Assembly: GCF_009914755.1 (NCBI RefSeq)
Contig: NC_060925.1
Source of the DNA: the human T2T-CHM13v2.0 reference genome, Homo sapiens
Strand: one strand, 5' to 3'
Length of the DNA stretch: 64,000 nucleotides
Made by a program: the position numbers and the translations under genes. Under the pieces are notes generated by a model. It worked only from the letters and a program-made list of their open reading frames with translations, made no database searches and was not told where the DNA came from. Shown piece by piece: positions 1-14,633 of this stretch (within the stretch, counting starts at the first letter, position 1; every line of letters starts with the position of its first letter).

Positions 1-439
1 TGGGGAGAGAGTCAAACAGATAATCCCAATATACTGTGAAATGGGCCACAATAAGAGTAGGTCCGCAGTGCTGTGGAAGCATTCAGGAGAAGCCCTTGCC
101 CAGGCATTAGGGCCAGATAGGTTTCTTTTAGTAGGTAATATCTGACTTAGATCCTTATGGGTGAGTTGGGATTAGTTAAGTGAGAGATGGGTGGGAATTA
201 AAGAGAAGTGAAATTCTAGGCTAATGCTGCTACCCATGCAAAGTCCTGGAGGCAGCATGAGCCTGGTGAATTCAGAAATAGGAGGCTTTCTGTCATGGAT
301 GGAGCAAGGGAGGGTCAATCGGGGTTCATGTTGGCTCTATCTTTTCCCTTATCCCCCTACTTCTGGTCAAGGCATTATTGTTGCAGCCATGGGCATTCAT
401 GGTATCACTGTGGACTCTTGGTTTTTGGTTTTGTTTATT

Positions 440-1042
<603 letters not shown>

Positions 1043-2349
1043 AACTCTTAGCTCTTGTGGCCAGAGCAGGTCGTAGTCATGCCTTCAAAATTGCCTTCAC
1101 TCCTAGAAAAAAATGGAGAAAGGATTATTTAAAATCTAGAGAAAAAGGTGAGCCCATAAGTCACTCTCTCTGAATTCCAGAAGCTCAGCAAATAATCTGA
1201 GTTGGACCAATTGTGAACAAATACCAAGTCCTGCTGATGTTGATTGGACCAAAGTGATGGAGAATCTAGTTTGGAGTCTGGTAATCCTTGGGAGGCCCCA
1301 GCATCACTGCAGCTCAACTGTCATTCCTGCCTTGCAGCTCATTTAACTGCCTCTGGCAGCACTGTTTCTGGCTGGGCCATCTATTTTTGGTGGCCAGGGA
1401 AGTTGTTATTTGTTTCATTTTGTTTTGATGTGGTTTACAGTGCTCTAGTGTGATGATGAAGCTAACATCTGGTTATTCCAGGATTGGGGGTGTTGTGGGT
1501 GTGTTTCTATGTTGGGGAAGGCAGCAGGAACATCATCTTAACTCCTTTTCTTTATCCACATGATGAGGCTGCCTAAGACGGGGTTTATTAATCAACCTGA
1601 TGCAATAGCTCTGTCATTAGTGCTCTTGTTATCAGGCAAGAAAAGGCTGTGTACAGGATGGGTATCAGTATGCTTCTGAGTGTTAGGGGAAAAAATGGAA
1701 TGGTATTGTTAATATTTTAGCATTTAAGAGACTCTGGAACTTCAGGAATTATGTTAAAATTTCAGAAACAGAGTTTTAGAAGGGTGACTTGTTTGTTGAT
1801 TGTACAATCCAAAAGAAAAAAGCAGGACTTTGTGGAATTCATAGTCAGTTTTCTGAAGCAGGTATCAGTAGTTGGCTTCTGAGACAAGGGCAGAAACACC
1901 ATGTTGGCATAAAAGAGTTGATGAGTGGAACACCAAGTTGGTTGGCTCTGGTTGACATTTTCCTTGGTAGAATATGGTGTGTGAAAATTATACATATTTT
2001 TCAGAACAGGCCAAATACGTATGTTTTATGTCAAAACATAGGTCATGTGTTTCTGTTTTATCTGAGGGTTATCACAAAACTTTACCTTTTTGTAAAACTT
2101 AATCTGTGAATATTCAGTACTGAGAGCCACTTAGAGCATACTTCGTCTGACCCTTCTTTTAGGGCCCTATAATATAGGTAGGATTGGTATACAGAATATT
2201 TAGACATGATTCATTCTAAGCCATTTAGCTTTAACTGAACTGAATCAAATTGGACTTTAACTGAGTCTTTATCATTAAAAAAACTCTTATAAAAGATAAA
2301 GGATTGGGTTAGTTACTTCTCTCAGCTTTGGTTTATTTCTTTGTCTTCT

Positions 2350-2935
2350 TTTAAAAACAAAGCTTTATTCAAACGATTAACACGCTGTACAGCTCATCTT
2401 CTGAAATCTTACAATTCTATGATTTTAGTGTATTCACAGAGTTGTGCAACCATCACACTGTCTAATTCCAGTACGTGTTTCTCACTCCAATAGGAAACCT
2501 CATACTCATTAACACTCACTTCCCAGTTTCCCTCTCCCTGGTTCCTGGAAACCACTAATCTACTTTCTGCCTGGATTTGCCTATTCTGGACATTTCATAT
2601 AAATGGAATTATACAGTATGTGACCTTTTGTGTCTGGCTTCTTTCACATTATCGTATAATGTTGTCAAGGTCATTTATGTTGTAGCATGTATCAGTACTT
2701 CATTCCTTTTTATGGCTGAGTAATATTCTATGATTTGGATATGCTAAATTTTGTTTATCCATTCATCAGTTGAAGGACATTTGAAATACTTCCAATTTTG
2801 GCTATTATGAGTAATGCTGCTATGAACATTTGTATATAAGATTTCACGTGGCCATATGTTTTCAATTTTCTTGGGTATATAACTAGGAAAGGAATTGCTA
2901 GGCCACATGGTAACTCTTTGTTTAACCCTTTGAGA
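2350..2935 (-). mobile_element. Old L1M 3' end fragment
   Basis: Typical L1MB/MC 3' UTR motifs (CACAGAGTTGTGCAACCATCAC, CATTCATCAGTTGAAGGACATTTG, GCTGCTATGAACATT). Confidence 0.75.
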
Positions 2936-3139
2936 GCCAACTTTAGTTTATTCATCTTGAAAATGAAGAAAACAATTTTTTTTTTTTTTTTTTTTTACAT
3001 AGATCCAGGTTGTCAGATCCTTTAGGGTCACCACCAGGAAGATTATTTACAGTGAAGGACACTTTTTGAAAAGGTATAGGGGGCCTGAGTTAGAAGAGGG
3101 AATACCCAGTTGCAAGTGAATCCCAGGCTCAGAAGGGTC

Positions 3140-3365
3140 ATACAGTCTCATGATTAAGGCCCTGATGCGTATGCAGTATGGGGTCGAACTGTTGGAGTTA
3201 TAGTCTGTGCTCCTCCGCTTTCTCAGTGAACAAGTCAGTTAACCTCCTGATGTCTCTCTGTCCTAGGCAGTAAAATGGGGATCATCATGTCTTCCTACTT
3301 CAAAGGTTGTGGTAAAGATAAACGAAATAATACACATGGAAGTACTTTGTACATTGTCAAAACCA
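3140..3365 (+). mobile_element. MIR
   Basis: MIR core-like CAAGTCAGTTAACCTC...GTAAAATGGGGAT...GGTTGTGGTAAAGATAAA. Confidence 0.6.
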
Positions 3366-5457
3366 ATGTAGATGATTGTTGTTGTGAAGATAGTATAATT
3401 GTATCTGATTAATTTTGTAATACAGGCCCAAGTCATTCAAAACAGCCAGGAATTAAACTTTTTATTTGTATAATTCAGATTTTATGAGAACAGCATAGAG
3501 ACGCCTAGACACAGAGATGTATTATAAATAAAATATGTGTATGTAAAATAAACCAGCCGTCTCTTCTTCCTGCCCCATCTCTTCTTGTCTATCCCCATCC
3601 CCAATCCAAAATAAGCTGGGCTCCTGGTTGTAGTTCCCTGGGTGCTAAAAAGCAGGAAATACTCCCCAGACATTTGTGTACCCTTCCCATAGGGCTGTTT
3701 TGAAAATATGACAATTAGCAAAGTTATAGGTTAAATCGTCTATTGGGCATCATCCTTGAGTCATTGTTACTGCTTTTGTCTTAGAAATATGGCGTCCTTT
3801 ACATGCACTTACTGCTTCTGTAGCACAAGGCAGCCGGAGCTCTCAGTCTGAGCAGGTAGACTCTCATTACCTTTTAGGGCTACAGGAGAGCTAGTGGGCA
3901 TTCTGAAATTCTTCGCAAAGTGATAGTTCTCTCACTGGCCTTTGGTAGGAGCGTTTCTATGAGAAAATGTGTTTCAAGCATAGAATTTCGGGATGGCCAA
4001 AGATCTTAAAAGCCCTCTAGAGCTAACTCCTAGCTGATGTGGGAAAACTTTTAACAGTATCCCTGAAAGGCGATTCTTGAGTTTTGGTCAAGCACCTTTT
4101 GTGACAGGAAGTTTATTTTGTCTCATGATGTATGTACTCAGTAAAAATTTGATGTATAAACATATGGATAGAGTGTGGCAATATCTTTATTACATCTAAC
4201 TCTACTAGAGAATTCATCCTTATATCTAATTGATAACTGTCTCCCTGTAATTCCTACTTTCATTCCCTTTAAAATAGTTTTAAAAATTATAAGCTGTTTT
4301 ACAAACAACAGGAATATACAAAGAATAATTAAACACTTGTCCATGTGTTGAATATCTAAATGTTAGAAAACATTATTTTTAGTTTATTTTCCTCAGGTGA
4401 AAAAACAAAAGTTACCATTACAGATACAGTTGCAACCTTCTTAGTATCCTGCCCAGATCCCAGTCTTCTGACTGTCTTCCTATACTTAACTATTAAGTAG
4501 TTTCCCCAAAATGACCCAATGAGAAAAAAGGAGAGCCGGGATTTGAACGTTGGTCTTCATGGTTCAAAGCTATTGCTCTTTTCACAGTTCCACGCTACCC
4601 ACCCTAGATAAATATGTATAATAGTGATCATATTTATTGTCTATGTGTAAATTGATGTAAAGTGTCAAGGGTTACTTAAAGCACTACTCTTCTGTTTTTC
4701 TATTTGCCATATTAACTTATTTTTAAAATATTTTTATTTTCAAGGAAGGTAAAGGTAAGAATTATCCACAGATATCAAATTAGTACAGTTAAAATTGTGG
4801 AAGTTTGATTATATTTGAAAAGAATGTGTCCATTAAGAAGATTAATCATTTTTTGTTAGTGAAGCTTTATTTTTAGGAGAAAGATTGGTAAACAATTAAT
4901 ATGTTTTCAAGTACATACATTATATGAGCTAGCTGGGGGGTCTGAATATGATGAAGCAAATGTCAAGCTGGGTTTTTTAAAGGCAGACTTGACAGTTGGT
5001 TGTGTTAATGGGGCATGACAGGCAACAGCTGGGTGGTAATCCTCCTCCTACTGTTGGCATTGATTGAGTCTTTATTTACGTTGTATTTCTAGTCTGGACT
5101 AGAACGTTATTCCAGGGGTGGAATGAAGAAATTAAGGAAAAAGAAGGGGAGAGCCATTAAGGTTTGGAAGAAACATTCTGAGACCAGAGTAAAGATGTTA
5201 TATGTACTAGGAGAAAAAGGAAGAACAAAGATAGAAGCACTTCCCCTTGCTCAAGAATCTGCAGTGTTTTATTTCCTAAGCAATGCAGAGGTTATCAACA
5301 TATAGGCCTGTTTGCCATGAGCTAGTAGGTTGCCGTGTGCATCTCAGGTATGTGTGTTTTTGTTTGTTAAAGCTTTTTTTTTCTTTTCCAAGTTTCCACA
5401 TGCAGCGCTGATGTTTGTTAAAGCTGCAAGAAAACAAATAAGTAAAACGAAACCTAA

Positions 5458-6157
<700 letters not shown>

Positions 6158-6414
6158 AGTTTTTACTATTTGTACCGTTCATATTGTCCTTTATAATTTG
6201 TCATATACGATTGCATATTTGTTCAGAACTGTTGTAGAAAGTCCAGATTCTGCATGGTGTATTAAAATGAGTCTGTTAGAATAATTTATTTTACTTATAA
6301 TCTTTTTATAAGGAGGAATGCTATTAGGTATGCTTTTTATCCTAAAACATCTACATAATCTTGTGTATCGATTAAGTTGTATTACTCCAATGAGAAATAA
6401 ATCAGCAGGTTAAT

Positions 6415-7600
6415 TACTCATCCATTCTTTAATTCAACAAATATTTATTGAGCACCAGCTATGTATCAGGCACCGTTCTGGGCACTGGTGACACAGCAGT
6501 GAACAAACTAAGAAAACATCCCACTTTTCTCAGGAAGTTTACATGCTGGTGGGGAGAGACAGACAAGAAACAAAATAAATAAGAAAATGTATTTTAGAAG
6601 GTGATAGTGCTACGGAATAAAAAACAATGAAGGGGGATTCGGAGAGCTGGGATGAGGCATGGGGTGCCTAAAGAGTATTCACTTCACCAAGAAGGTGACA
6701 TTCAATCAAAGATGAAGAAGGTGAGGAGAGAATCGTGCACCTCCCTAGAGAAAGGGCAGCCAGGCAGAAGGGTCAACAAGTTCAAAGGCCTCGGAAAAGA
6801 AAGCTTCTCTTGCTTCCTGTTTTTGAGAAATAACAAAGAGAAACAGTGTAGCTACAGCAGAGAACAGGGAGAGAGTGGTAGGAAGAAGTAGAGGAGGTAA
6901 TAGGAGAGGCAAGAAGAGGGTGTAGGGCCTCAGGCCTTGCAGTCTGGTGAAGGGACATCACCTTTCACTCTAAGTTAGATGGGAAGCCAGGGGGCTCTCC
7001 AGCAGAGGAGTAATCTGACGTATTTTGAAAGGGTCACTGTGGCTGCTGTGCTGAGAATAGACTACAAGGGAACAAGAGTGGGAGCAGGAACACCAGTTAA
7101 GGGGCTATTCAGATCATGTAAGGAAAAGATGGCAGTACTGTGGGTCAGGGTGGTAGAAATACCAGTGGCAGTAGTGGTAGTATAACATATATATAAAATA
7201 TATATATAGTAGTATAATAGTATATATAATATAGTATTATATATTATATACATAATACAACAGCTACAACATATATATTATACTACCATATATGTTATTA
7301 ATATATATACTATAATGTATAATATACATAGTAAGATTTACAGACAGATGATATGTAGGAGAGAGAATGAATCAAGAAATGATTCAAAGGTTTGGGCTCA
7401 AAAATCTGAAAATATTGAGTTGTTACAAATTGAAAAAAGGTGTAGTGAGGGAGGAGCATGTTTACTGGGAAAGATCAGGAGTTCAGTTTTAGATATCACA
7501 AGTATGTGATGTCTAAATTCAAGCAGAGATTTCTACTAGACAGTCAGATATCAATTGGAGTTCAGGGAAAAGATCAGGGTGGGCATGTAAACTTAGAAAT
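6415..7600 (-). mobile_element. L2 fragment with an AT-rich low-complexity insert (~7180-7330)
   Basis: ATTCAACAAATATTTATTGAGCACC end followed by purine-rich L2 body. Confidence 0.7.
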
Positions 7601-8739
7601 GTAAGTGAACAAAACGTCATTTTTCTACGTATTCTAGAATAAGTGTTCTACCAAATATAGTTTATTTAGGACTATTAAAACAAACTTTTTTCATATTATT
7701 GGAAATCTATGAGAATAATACAGGTGAGCCAGCCCATATATAACAAAGCAAAACGTACAATGTTTATGGAATATTTTCCTGTTCATTGATTCCACAGATA
7801 TTTAGGGAGTGCTTCCTGAGTACTATGCAACAAGAATACAAGGACACAAAATATGCCTTGTCAGCTCTCAAAACACTCTAGCCAGGTTGAGGTCATCGTA
7901 AACAGACTGTGACAGCACAATGGGATGAATGCTGTTGGAGAGGTCTCAGGTTGTTATGGAAGCTGTAGGAGTTTATGAAGATGTATTAGTTAGTCATTGA
8001 CTTTTTCCTTGGGCAGCTTCAGACTAGTTGGAAAGATCAAACACACAAAAAGTCGCATAACTCTAAAAGATGTAAATAACCCTTGAAGATAACAAAAGCC
8101 ACGTCATAAGGCAGCATATGAACACTTGTTGAATGTTAATATCTGCCTTAGAGTTCAAAAGAGGAAGAAGTCTTTCCAGGCTAGGGTAAGAGGAAAGGCT
8201 TTGCTTGGGTGGAATTTGGGAACACTCAAGTTGAATGATCTAAGCCAAGAGTTGAATATGTATGGCTAGATCTTGGGTGAGAAGACTCGGTTGGAGATTT
8301 GGGAATTGTTTCGAAGGTGAAAGTATAGCCCTAAAAGTGGATAAAACCTCCATGGATAAAAATGTGAAGAGAAAAAAAAGTAGAAGGCTAAGGACTTACC
8401 ATCATTTAAATACCCACTTTCAGGAGCTGGCAAAAAACACAGAAAAGGATCCAGAGAGATAGAAGAACAAGATATCATGGAGGAAATAAGCATAAATGTC
8501 CAACAGAAATCTAGGATGCATAAGAATACCCTGGATTCATACACAGTTTTACTTCCGGTAAAACTTTTATGAAATTATTTTACCTGATAAAGGAATCTAA
8601 GTAGACAGCCAAAGCATGATTAAACACTTATCTAAACTCTGGCAGCCTGGCTCCCCTTGAGCAAAATGGAGGTGATATTAACTGGGTTATCACCTTGAAG
8701 AGCTTAGACCAGGAAAGGGCCTTAAAAATCACTAATTTT

Positions 8740-9085
<346 letters not shown>

Positions 9086-10649
9086 CTAGAGAAATGGTCT
9101 ATAACATAGCTATTTAGTAAGAGAACTGGGAATGGAAAAGGATATTTTGAGTTGTTTTAACTTAGACTTTTTTCTTCACTGTCTCTAACTAAGCCTAGTT
9201 GGCATTCTCAAATTCTAAGAATTCAGATTTAGTGAAAATAGTTAAATGGATTTTAAATGTGTAGTTTTTTTTTTTTCAAATGGTAAATATTTGGGCTTGC
9301 CTATTTTGCCTATTTATAATCTAAATCTATTTGGGAGAATGCTTCACTCTAATTATGTCCTCCTGAGGCCACTTTATCCACTCAAACATTTTTTATTTTT
9401 CAAGGCAAAGTGCAAATTCAACTCCTAATGAAGCTTTCTCTGATCACCCCAGTAAGAACTGACTACTCTTTCTTACGGGCTCCCCCAGAGTCAACGCTTT
9501 TTAAACTCAGGCTGAAACTTATTAGTGGGTCATGAAATCCGTCGGGTGGGTCACTGGCAGAAAAAGAAATAGGAAATATCAGAGGACATCACACATAGTG
9601 ATGGTGACAATTACTTTTTGAAACATTTACTTCAGTTAAGAGTGTATGCATATGTACTAGATGGCAACGTAACATATAAAAGTTGAAAAACACAGGTTTG
9701 GAGGATCATAATGTAAAACACATATCTTAACATATCATGGCCAGCTGTATGGCCACGTAGCTCTTTGAGGGTTGGGACATTCTTGATCTATATATCCCTC
9801 ATGCCCAATGTCCTACCTGGTGAGTACTCAGGAGTTGTTGACCGGAATGATTATGAAGGTTTGAGAAGGAATTGGAAGAATGAAAAGCAGGTAGGTTGGG
9901 GAGGAAATGAGGGCTTGAATTAAGTGTAAATTTTGTAGTTTCCTTTATCTTGAATGTTAATATATATTTTTTCAACCTAATATTATTGCCACAAAGAACC
10001 CGTGTTTGTTATCTGTGCTCTGGGGTTGTCTCCCATCACCTTCAATGTAATGTGGTATAAATAATACTTCCTGCTAATGTTGCAGCTGTCACTCAAGGAT
10101 CTTAAATTACTTTAGGAGCAAGATCTGGTGATGAGTGCCCGGCTCCACTTGGCAGGTGCCAGAGTTAAGAACCAGTGACTGCCTGAAATCTTTGTGCTCC
10201 AGGATGACGGCTCCCTCTCTGTCATCCTCCCACACTCTCTTCTGCCCATCCCTTCTTCCATGGAGGGAGGATACCTTGACCCTGCCTCTTTCTGAGCTTT
10301 GTAACTGGTAAATAGAGTCTGCAAAGATTCCGCTGAGCTAGAAGATTTGCTCTTTCTTTGCGGGTAGCTATGGTGTGTTTCGGGGGAAGGCTCATGGCAA
10401 TAAAGGCTATTAGTTGAACTGCCTCAGAGCTCAAAAAGCTTGGGGCTGAAAACTGCAAAGGAACTCATTAGAAGTGAGCTCTGGATTATCAAAGGCAATT
10501 GAGACTCCTCTGGTTAGAAGCTCTTTAAGATTTGCACTGGACAGAAAGGGGATATTTGACATGCGGTTACCTTTGTGGGCCATTTTATGTACATGGTCTT
10601 TTCTATAGCAACCTTATTTCTTGCTTCTGGCCACACTCCTTTTGGTCTT

Positions 10650-11420
10650 ATAGTCCAAATCAGCCACAAGTCATTTAAATACCCCCTCCCCACCCTCTAT
10701 TTCCTTCTCTTCTTTGCAAACCCACTGTCACCTTGAATATCTCCCCTCCCCCTTTCCTGGAAGCTCTTGGGGGTCAGTCTCTCTTTTCCGAGAAGCTGTT
10801 AACTGCCTACAGTTGGGCCTGGGAGGCTCCAGGAGGGTGACAGCAGAGTCCTGGCTTGGAGTCGGGTTACACCACTTGTGTCTGAGTTCACGCAGCATGT
10901 TCCTCTGTCAGGGATTCCGCAAATATCTCCCTGAGGTAAAAAAGGAAAGTGTGCTGCGCTCCAGCACCCAGAGCAGTGAGCCCAGTCCCGAGTCCCGGAG
11001 AGAGCTCCAGCAATAGGGGCCATGTCGCCATAGCCCCAGCCTCTCGGTCCGCAGCCTCAGCAGCGTCCCAGCCGGCTGGCTTCATGCTGCGGTGCAGCTG
11101 CACCATGTTCCTGGGTTGAGGGGGCAATCGGGCACGCTCCTCCCCATGGGTTGCCCATCATGTCTAATGGATATCGCACTCTGTCCCAGCACCTCAATGA
11201 CCTGAAGAAGGAGAACTTCAGCCTCAAGCTGCTCATCTACTTCCTGGAGGAGCGCATGCAACAGAAGTATGAGGCCAGCCGGGAGGACATCTACAAGCGG
11301 GTGAGTGCAGGGGCCCGCTTCTCCGAGGCAGGGGCAGGGGCAGGGGACGGTTTGGCCTGCCAGTTGGTCGCTATTCTAGGCTCTTCCTAGCTGGCGCTGT
11401 GCTAGTCAGCGAGAGAGGTG
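10650..11420 (+). promoter_or_regulatory. GC/CpG-enriched promoter and 5' UTR region of the CM1 exon
   Basis: Repeat-free, locally CpG-enriched sequence around the first coding exon; AT-rich TTTAAATA at ~10674; TSS not determinable from sequence. Confidence 0.55.
11160..11300 (+). CDS. PDE4DIP: PDE4DIP-like first coding exon, CM1 (centrosomin motif 1 / gamma-TuNA) segment, MSNGYRTLSQHLNDLKKENFSLKLLIYFLEERMQQKYEASREDIYKR
   Basis: ATG at 11160, 47 codons, strong phase-0 donor CGG|GTGAGT at 11300/11301; LKKENFxLKLxIYFLEE is the CM1 signature shared with CDK5RAP2. Internal acceptor CTGTCCCAG|CAC at 11189/11190 is in frame for upstream alternative exons. Confidence 0.95.
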
Positions 11421-11699
11421 GGGTTTCGTCCAGCTCTGGTCACCTTAACAACCTGTGACCTTGGACAAGCTCATTTCACCTCTCTGGTGCCTGCTTTCTG
11501 CTTTCCTTCTCTGTAAAGAAAGAGGACTGGAATAAATCAGAGCCGCTCTCAAACACTGACGTGGAACTGTGCGGAACAATCACCTTGGGAGCTGGTTTAA
11601 AATGTAGATTCCATGCCTCACCCTAGGGATTCCGATGTAGTAATGTGGGGGAAGGTGGGGGGAGAGGGTGGGGCTGGGGTGGATATTTGCATTTTTAAA

Positions 11700-12297
11700 A
11701 TTTATTTATTTTAGAAACAGGTCTTGCCCTGTTGCTCAGGCTGGAGTGCAGTGTCACCATCATAGCACTGCAGCCACCAACTCTTGGGCTCAAGTGATGC
11801 CTTCTGGCTCAGCCTCCTGAGCAGCTGGGACCACAGGCACAGGACACCAGGCCCAGATAATTAAAAACAAAAAAAATTGGCAGGGCACAGTGGCTCATGC
11901 CTGTAATCCCAGCACTTTGGGAAGCCAAGGAAGACAGAAGGCTTGAGGTCAGGAGATCGAGACCAGCCTGGCCAACATGGTGAAACTCCATCTCTACTTA
12001 AAAAGTACAAAAATTAGCGGGTGTGGTGGCATATGCCTGTAGTCCAAGCTACTTGGGAGGCTGAGGCAGGAGAATTGCTTGAACCCAGGAGGCGGAGGTT
12101 GCGGTGAGACGGGATTGTGCCGCTACACTCCAGCCTAGGTGACAGAGCAAGAGTCTGTCTCAAAAAAAAAAAAAAAAATTCGTACCAAAGGGGTGGCACT
12201 ATGTTGTCCAGGCTGGTCTCAAACTCCTGGCCTTTAGATCCTCCCACCTCAGCCTCCACTGTTGTTGGTATTATAGGCATGAGCCACTTTGCCTGGG
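11700..12297. mobile_element. AluJ (minus) split by an AluS (plus, 11879-12178), both inside a MER5-like DNA element
   Basis: Minus right arm 11700-11865, plus-strand full Alu, minus left arm 12179-12297; TGCATTTTTAA on both outer flanks. Confidence 0.85.
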
Positions 12298-13404
12298 AAA
12301 ATATGCATTTTTAAGCAAGATCCCTGAGGTGGCTCTGAAGCAGATCATCTCCAGGTCATACCTCTCCTAGAGAAAGTGCCCTCCTAGCTCCGGCTTGGTG
12401 GGGCAGAGAATGATGCTATGGAGAAAAGGGCAGGGGCTAAGGGTGTTTCCGTTCCTTGAGAAATTCATGTTTGCTTTTGAAGATGACTATGCAGATAAGC
12501 TTTTAGGACAGAATCTTAGGCATTTTTAGTCTTTGGAATAGCTTGCCTTAAAATGAAGAAGAGAGTAACCTGTGGGATAGCAGTTGGCCTGGGTGGAGTG
12601 GGAGGGGAAATGGCCTCTTCCTTGGATGAGAGGGCTATCTTGATTGATGGGTCAGTGATCAGGGTGGGGAAGGAAGACCTACTGGATTGGCTGAGCTGTG
12701 GGTGAGATAGGACAGCACCTTGATAAGAGGACATTGGGCTATGGGTTATGAGGATTAAGCCTCGTAGCTGGTCACCACAATATTGGTTTCCTCAGCCCTC
12801 TCTGTGTCTGGACAAGCAGGACCTGAAGTGGCCCAAGTGACCGGGGACTGGTTGCCTCTGACCTTATCAGAGATTCTAACTCTCCAACTGTTTACCCCAG
12901 AGGACTATACAAATACCATTTTCTATGTGTGCTCTGTCCTGTCAAGAGGATGGATGACTGGGAAGCGATACAGGCTGCTAGATAACATCTTGGATCAGGG
13001 AAATAGCTGGTGTCTATGAGACCCAAATGATTATTTAGTTAATTCAATTAATGTGTATAGCTAAATCTGGGGGATTTAACTCTATTTCCTGTCTCTCCTG
13101 CATTTCCATGTTTTAAGTCCAAATTTTCCAGAAGTTGGTCCAGATTCACCTTTTATCTTTTACGTGGCTATGTAATGAGTGTGCCTCATTGGAGCTGCCA
13201 CGTGTCAAGAAGGATATTGCCAAGTGAGGGTTGGTAACAGAGAGATGGCGAGAGACGGAGGATGAGTGGGAGGTTTTGCCTTAGGGTTAGGGTAGGAATA
13301 GTGGATGGATGTATTCACTGTGCAGAGGGAGGAACTTTCCCCATTAACTGTCTTCAGGGCAAAGAAGGAAAGGACAATTTCTTAGGTAATTTGAGGGAAA
13401 GGAT

Positions 13405-13695
13405 TTTGTTGTTGTTGTTGTTGTTCTGAGACAGAGTCTCACTCTGTCGCCCAGGCTAGAGTGCAGTGGCACGATCTCAGCTCACTGCAACCTCCGCCTC
13501 CTGGGTTCAAGCGATTCTCTGGAGTAGCTGGGACTACAGACGCCTGCTACCACACCTGGCTAATTTTTGTATTTTTAATAGAGGCGGGGTTTTACCATGT
13601 TGGCCAGGCTGGTCTCAAACTCCTGACCTCAGGCGATCCACCCGCCTCAGCCTCCCAAAGTACTGGGATTACAGGCGTGAGCCACTGCGCCCCAC
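13405..13695 (-). mobile_element. AluS with (GTT)n tail and small internal deletion
   Basis: Reverse Alu; AGGATTTT on both flanks. Confidence 0.9.
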
Positions 13696-14268
13696 CAGGA
13701 TTTTTTTTTTTTTAAAGCTGAATCAGATGGCTGTCTGAATCATTTGGTCTCACTCTCTGCTCTGCCCTAGCGAAAGATCTTTAGGAAACAACTTTGGGTG
13801 GGGTGTGAGAAGGCACCATTTCTCACCTGGAGAAGTGTGATAAATGAGATTATAGGAGCTGCACAAGGTGTATGTGGGGGGAGTGGAACACAGCCTGTTG
13901 TCACATGCAGAGAGGACAACCCTTTTGCTAGACTCTAGTATTGCCATGGGTCCCATACAGGAAGTAGATATGGCCCTGTCTCTATCTAGTCTTACGTGTT
14001 AGCAGAGTTGTCAGGCAGCTACTGCATCATATGATTTGAGGGATCTCAAACTACTGTATCCCCTCCTCTTCCTTCTCACCAAATGTTTGTTCAATCTGCC
14101 TGTCATATTAATTTTCTCATTTGGCTATGATTATTTGAAAAGCGCTAAAGGCTTGTGCTAAAATGTTCTTATTACTTGGGAAACAGAACACATAAAGCCA
14201 TTATCAATCATTCAGAGTTGAAATTAGTTTACCACACTATGTCATGATGAGTGATTGATAGGAACTAG

Positions 14269-14633
<365 letters not shown>

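Noticed and set aside
11301-11390. C-terminal extension VSAGARFSEAGAGAG... of ORF 11151-11390
   Set aside because: Read-through into intron past a strong GTGAGT donor; the TTG start at 11151 is also upstream of the real ATG.
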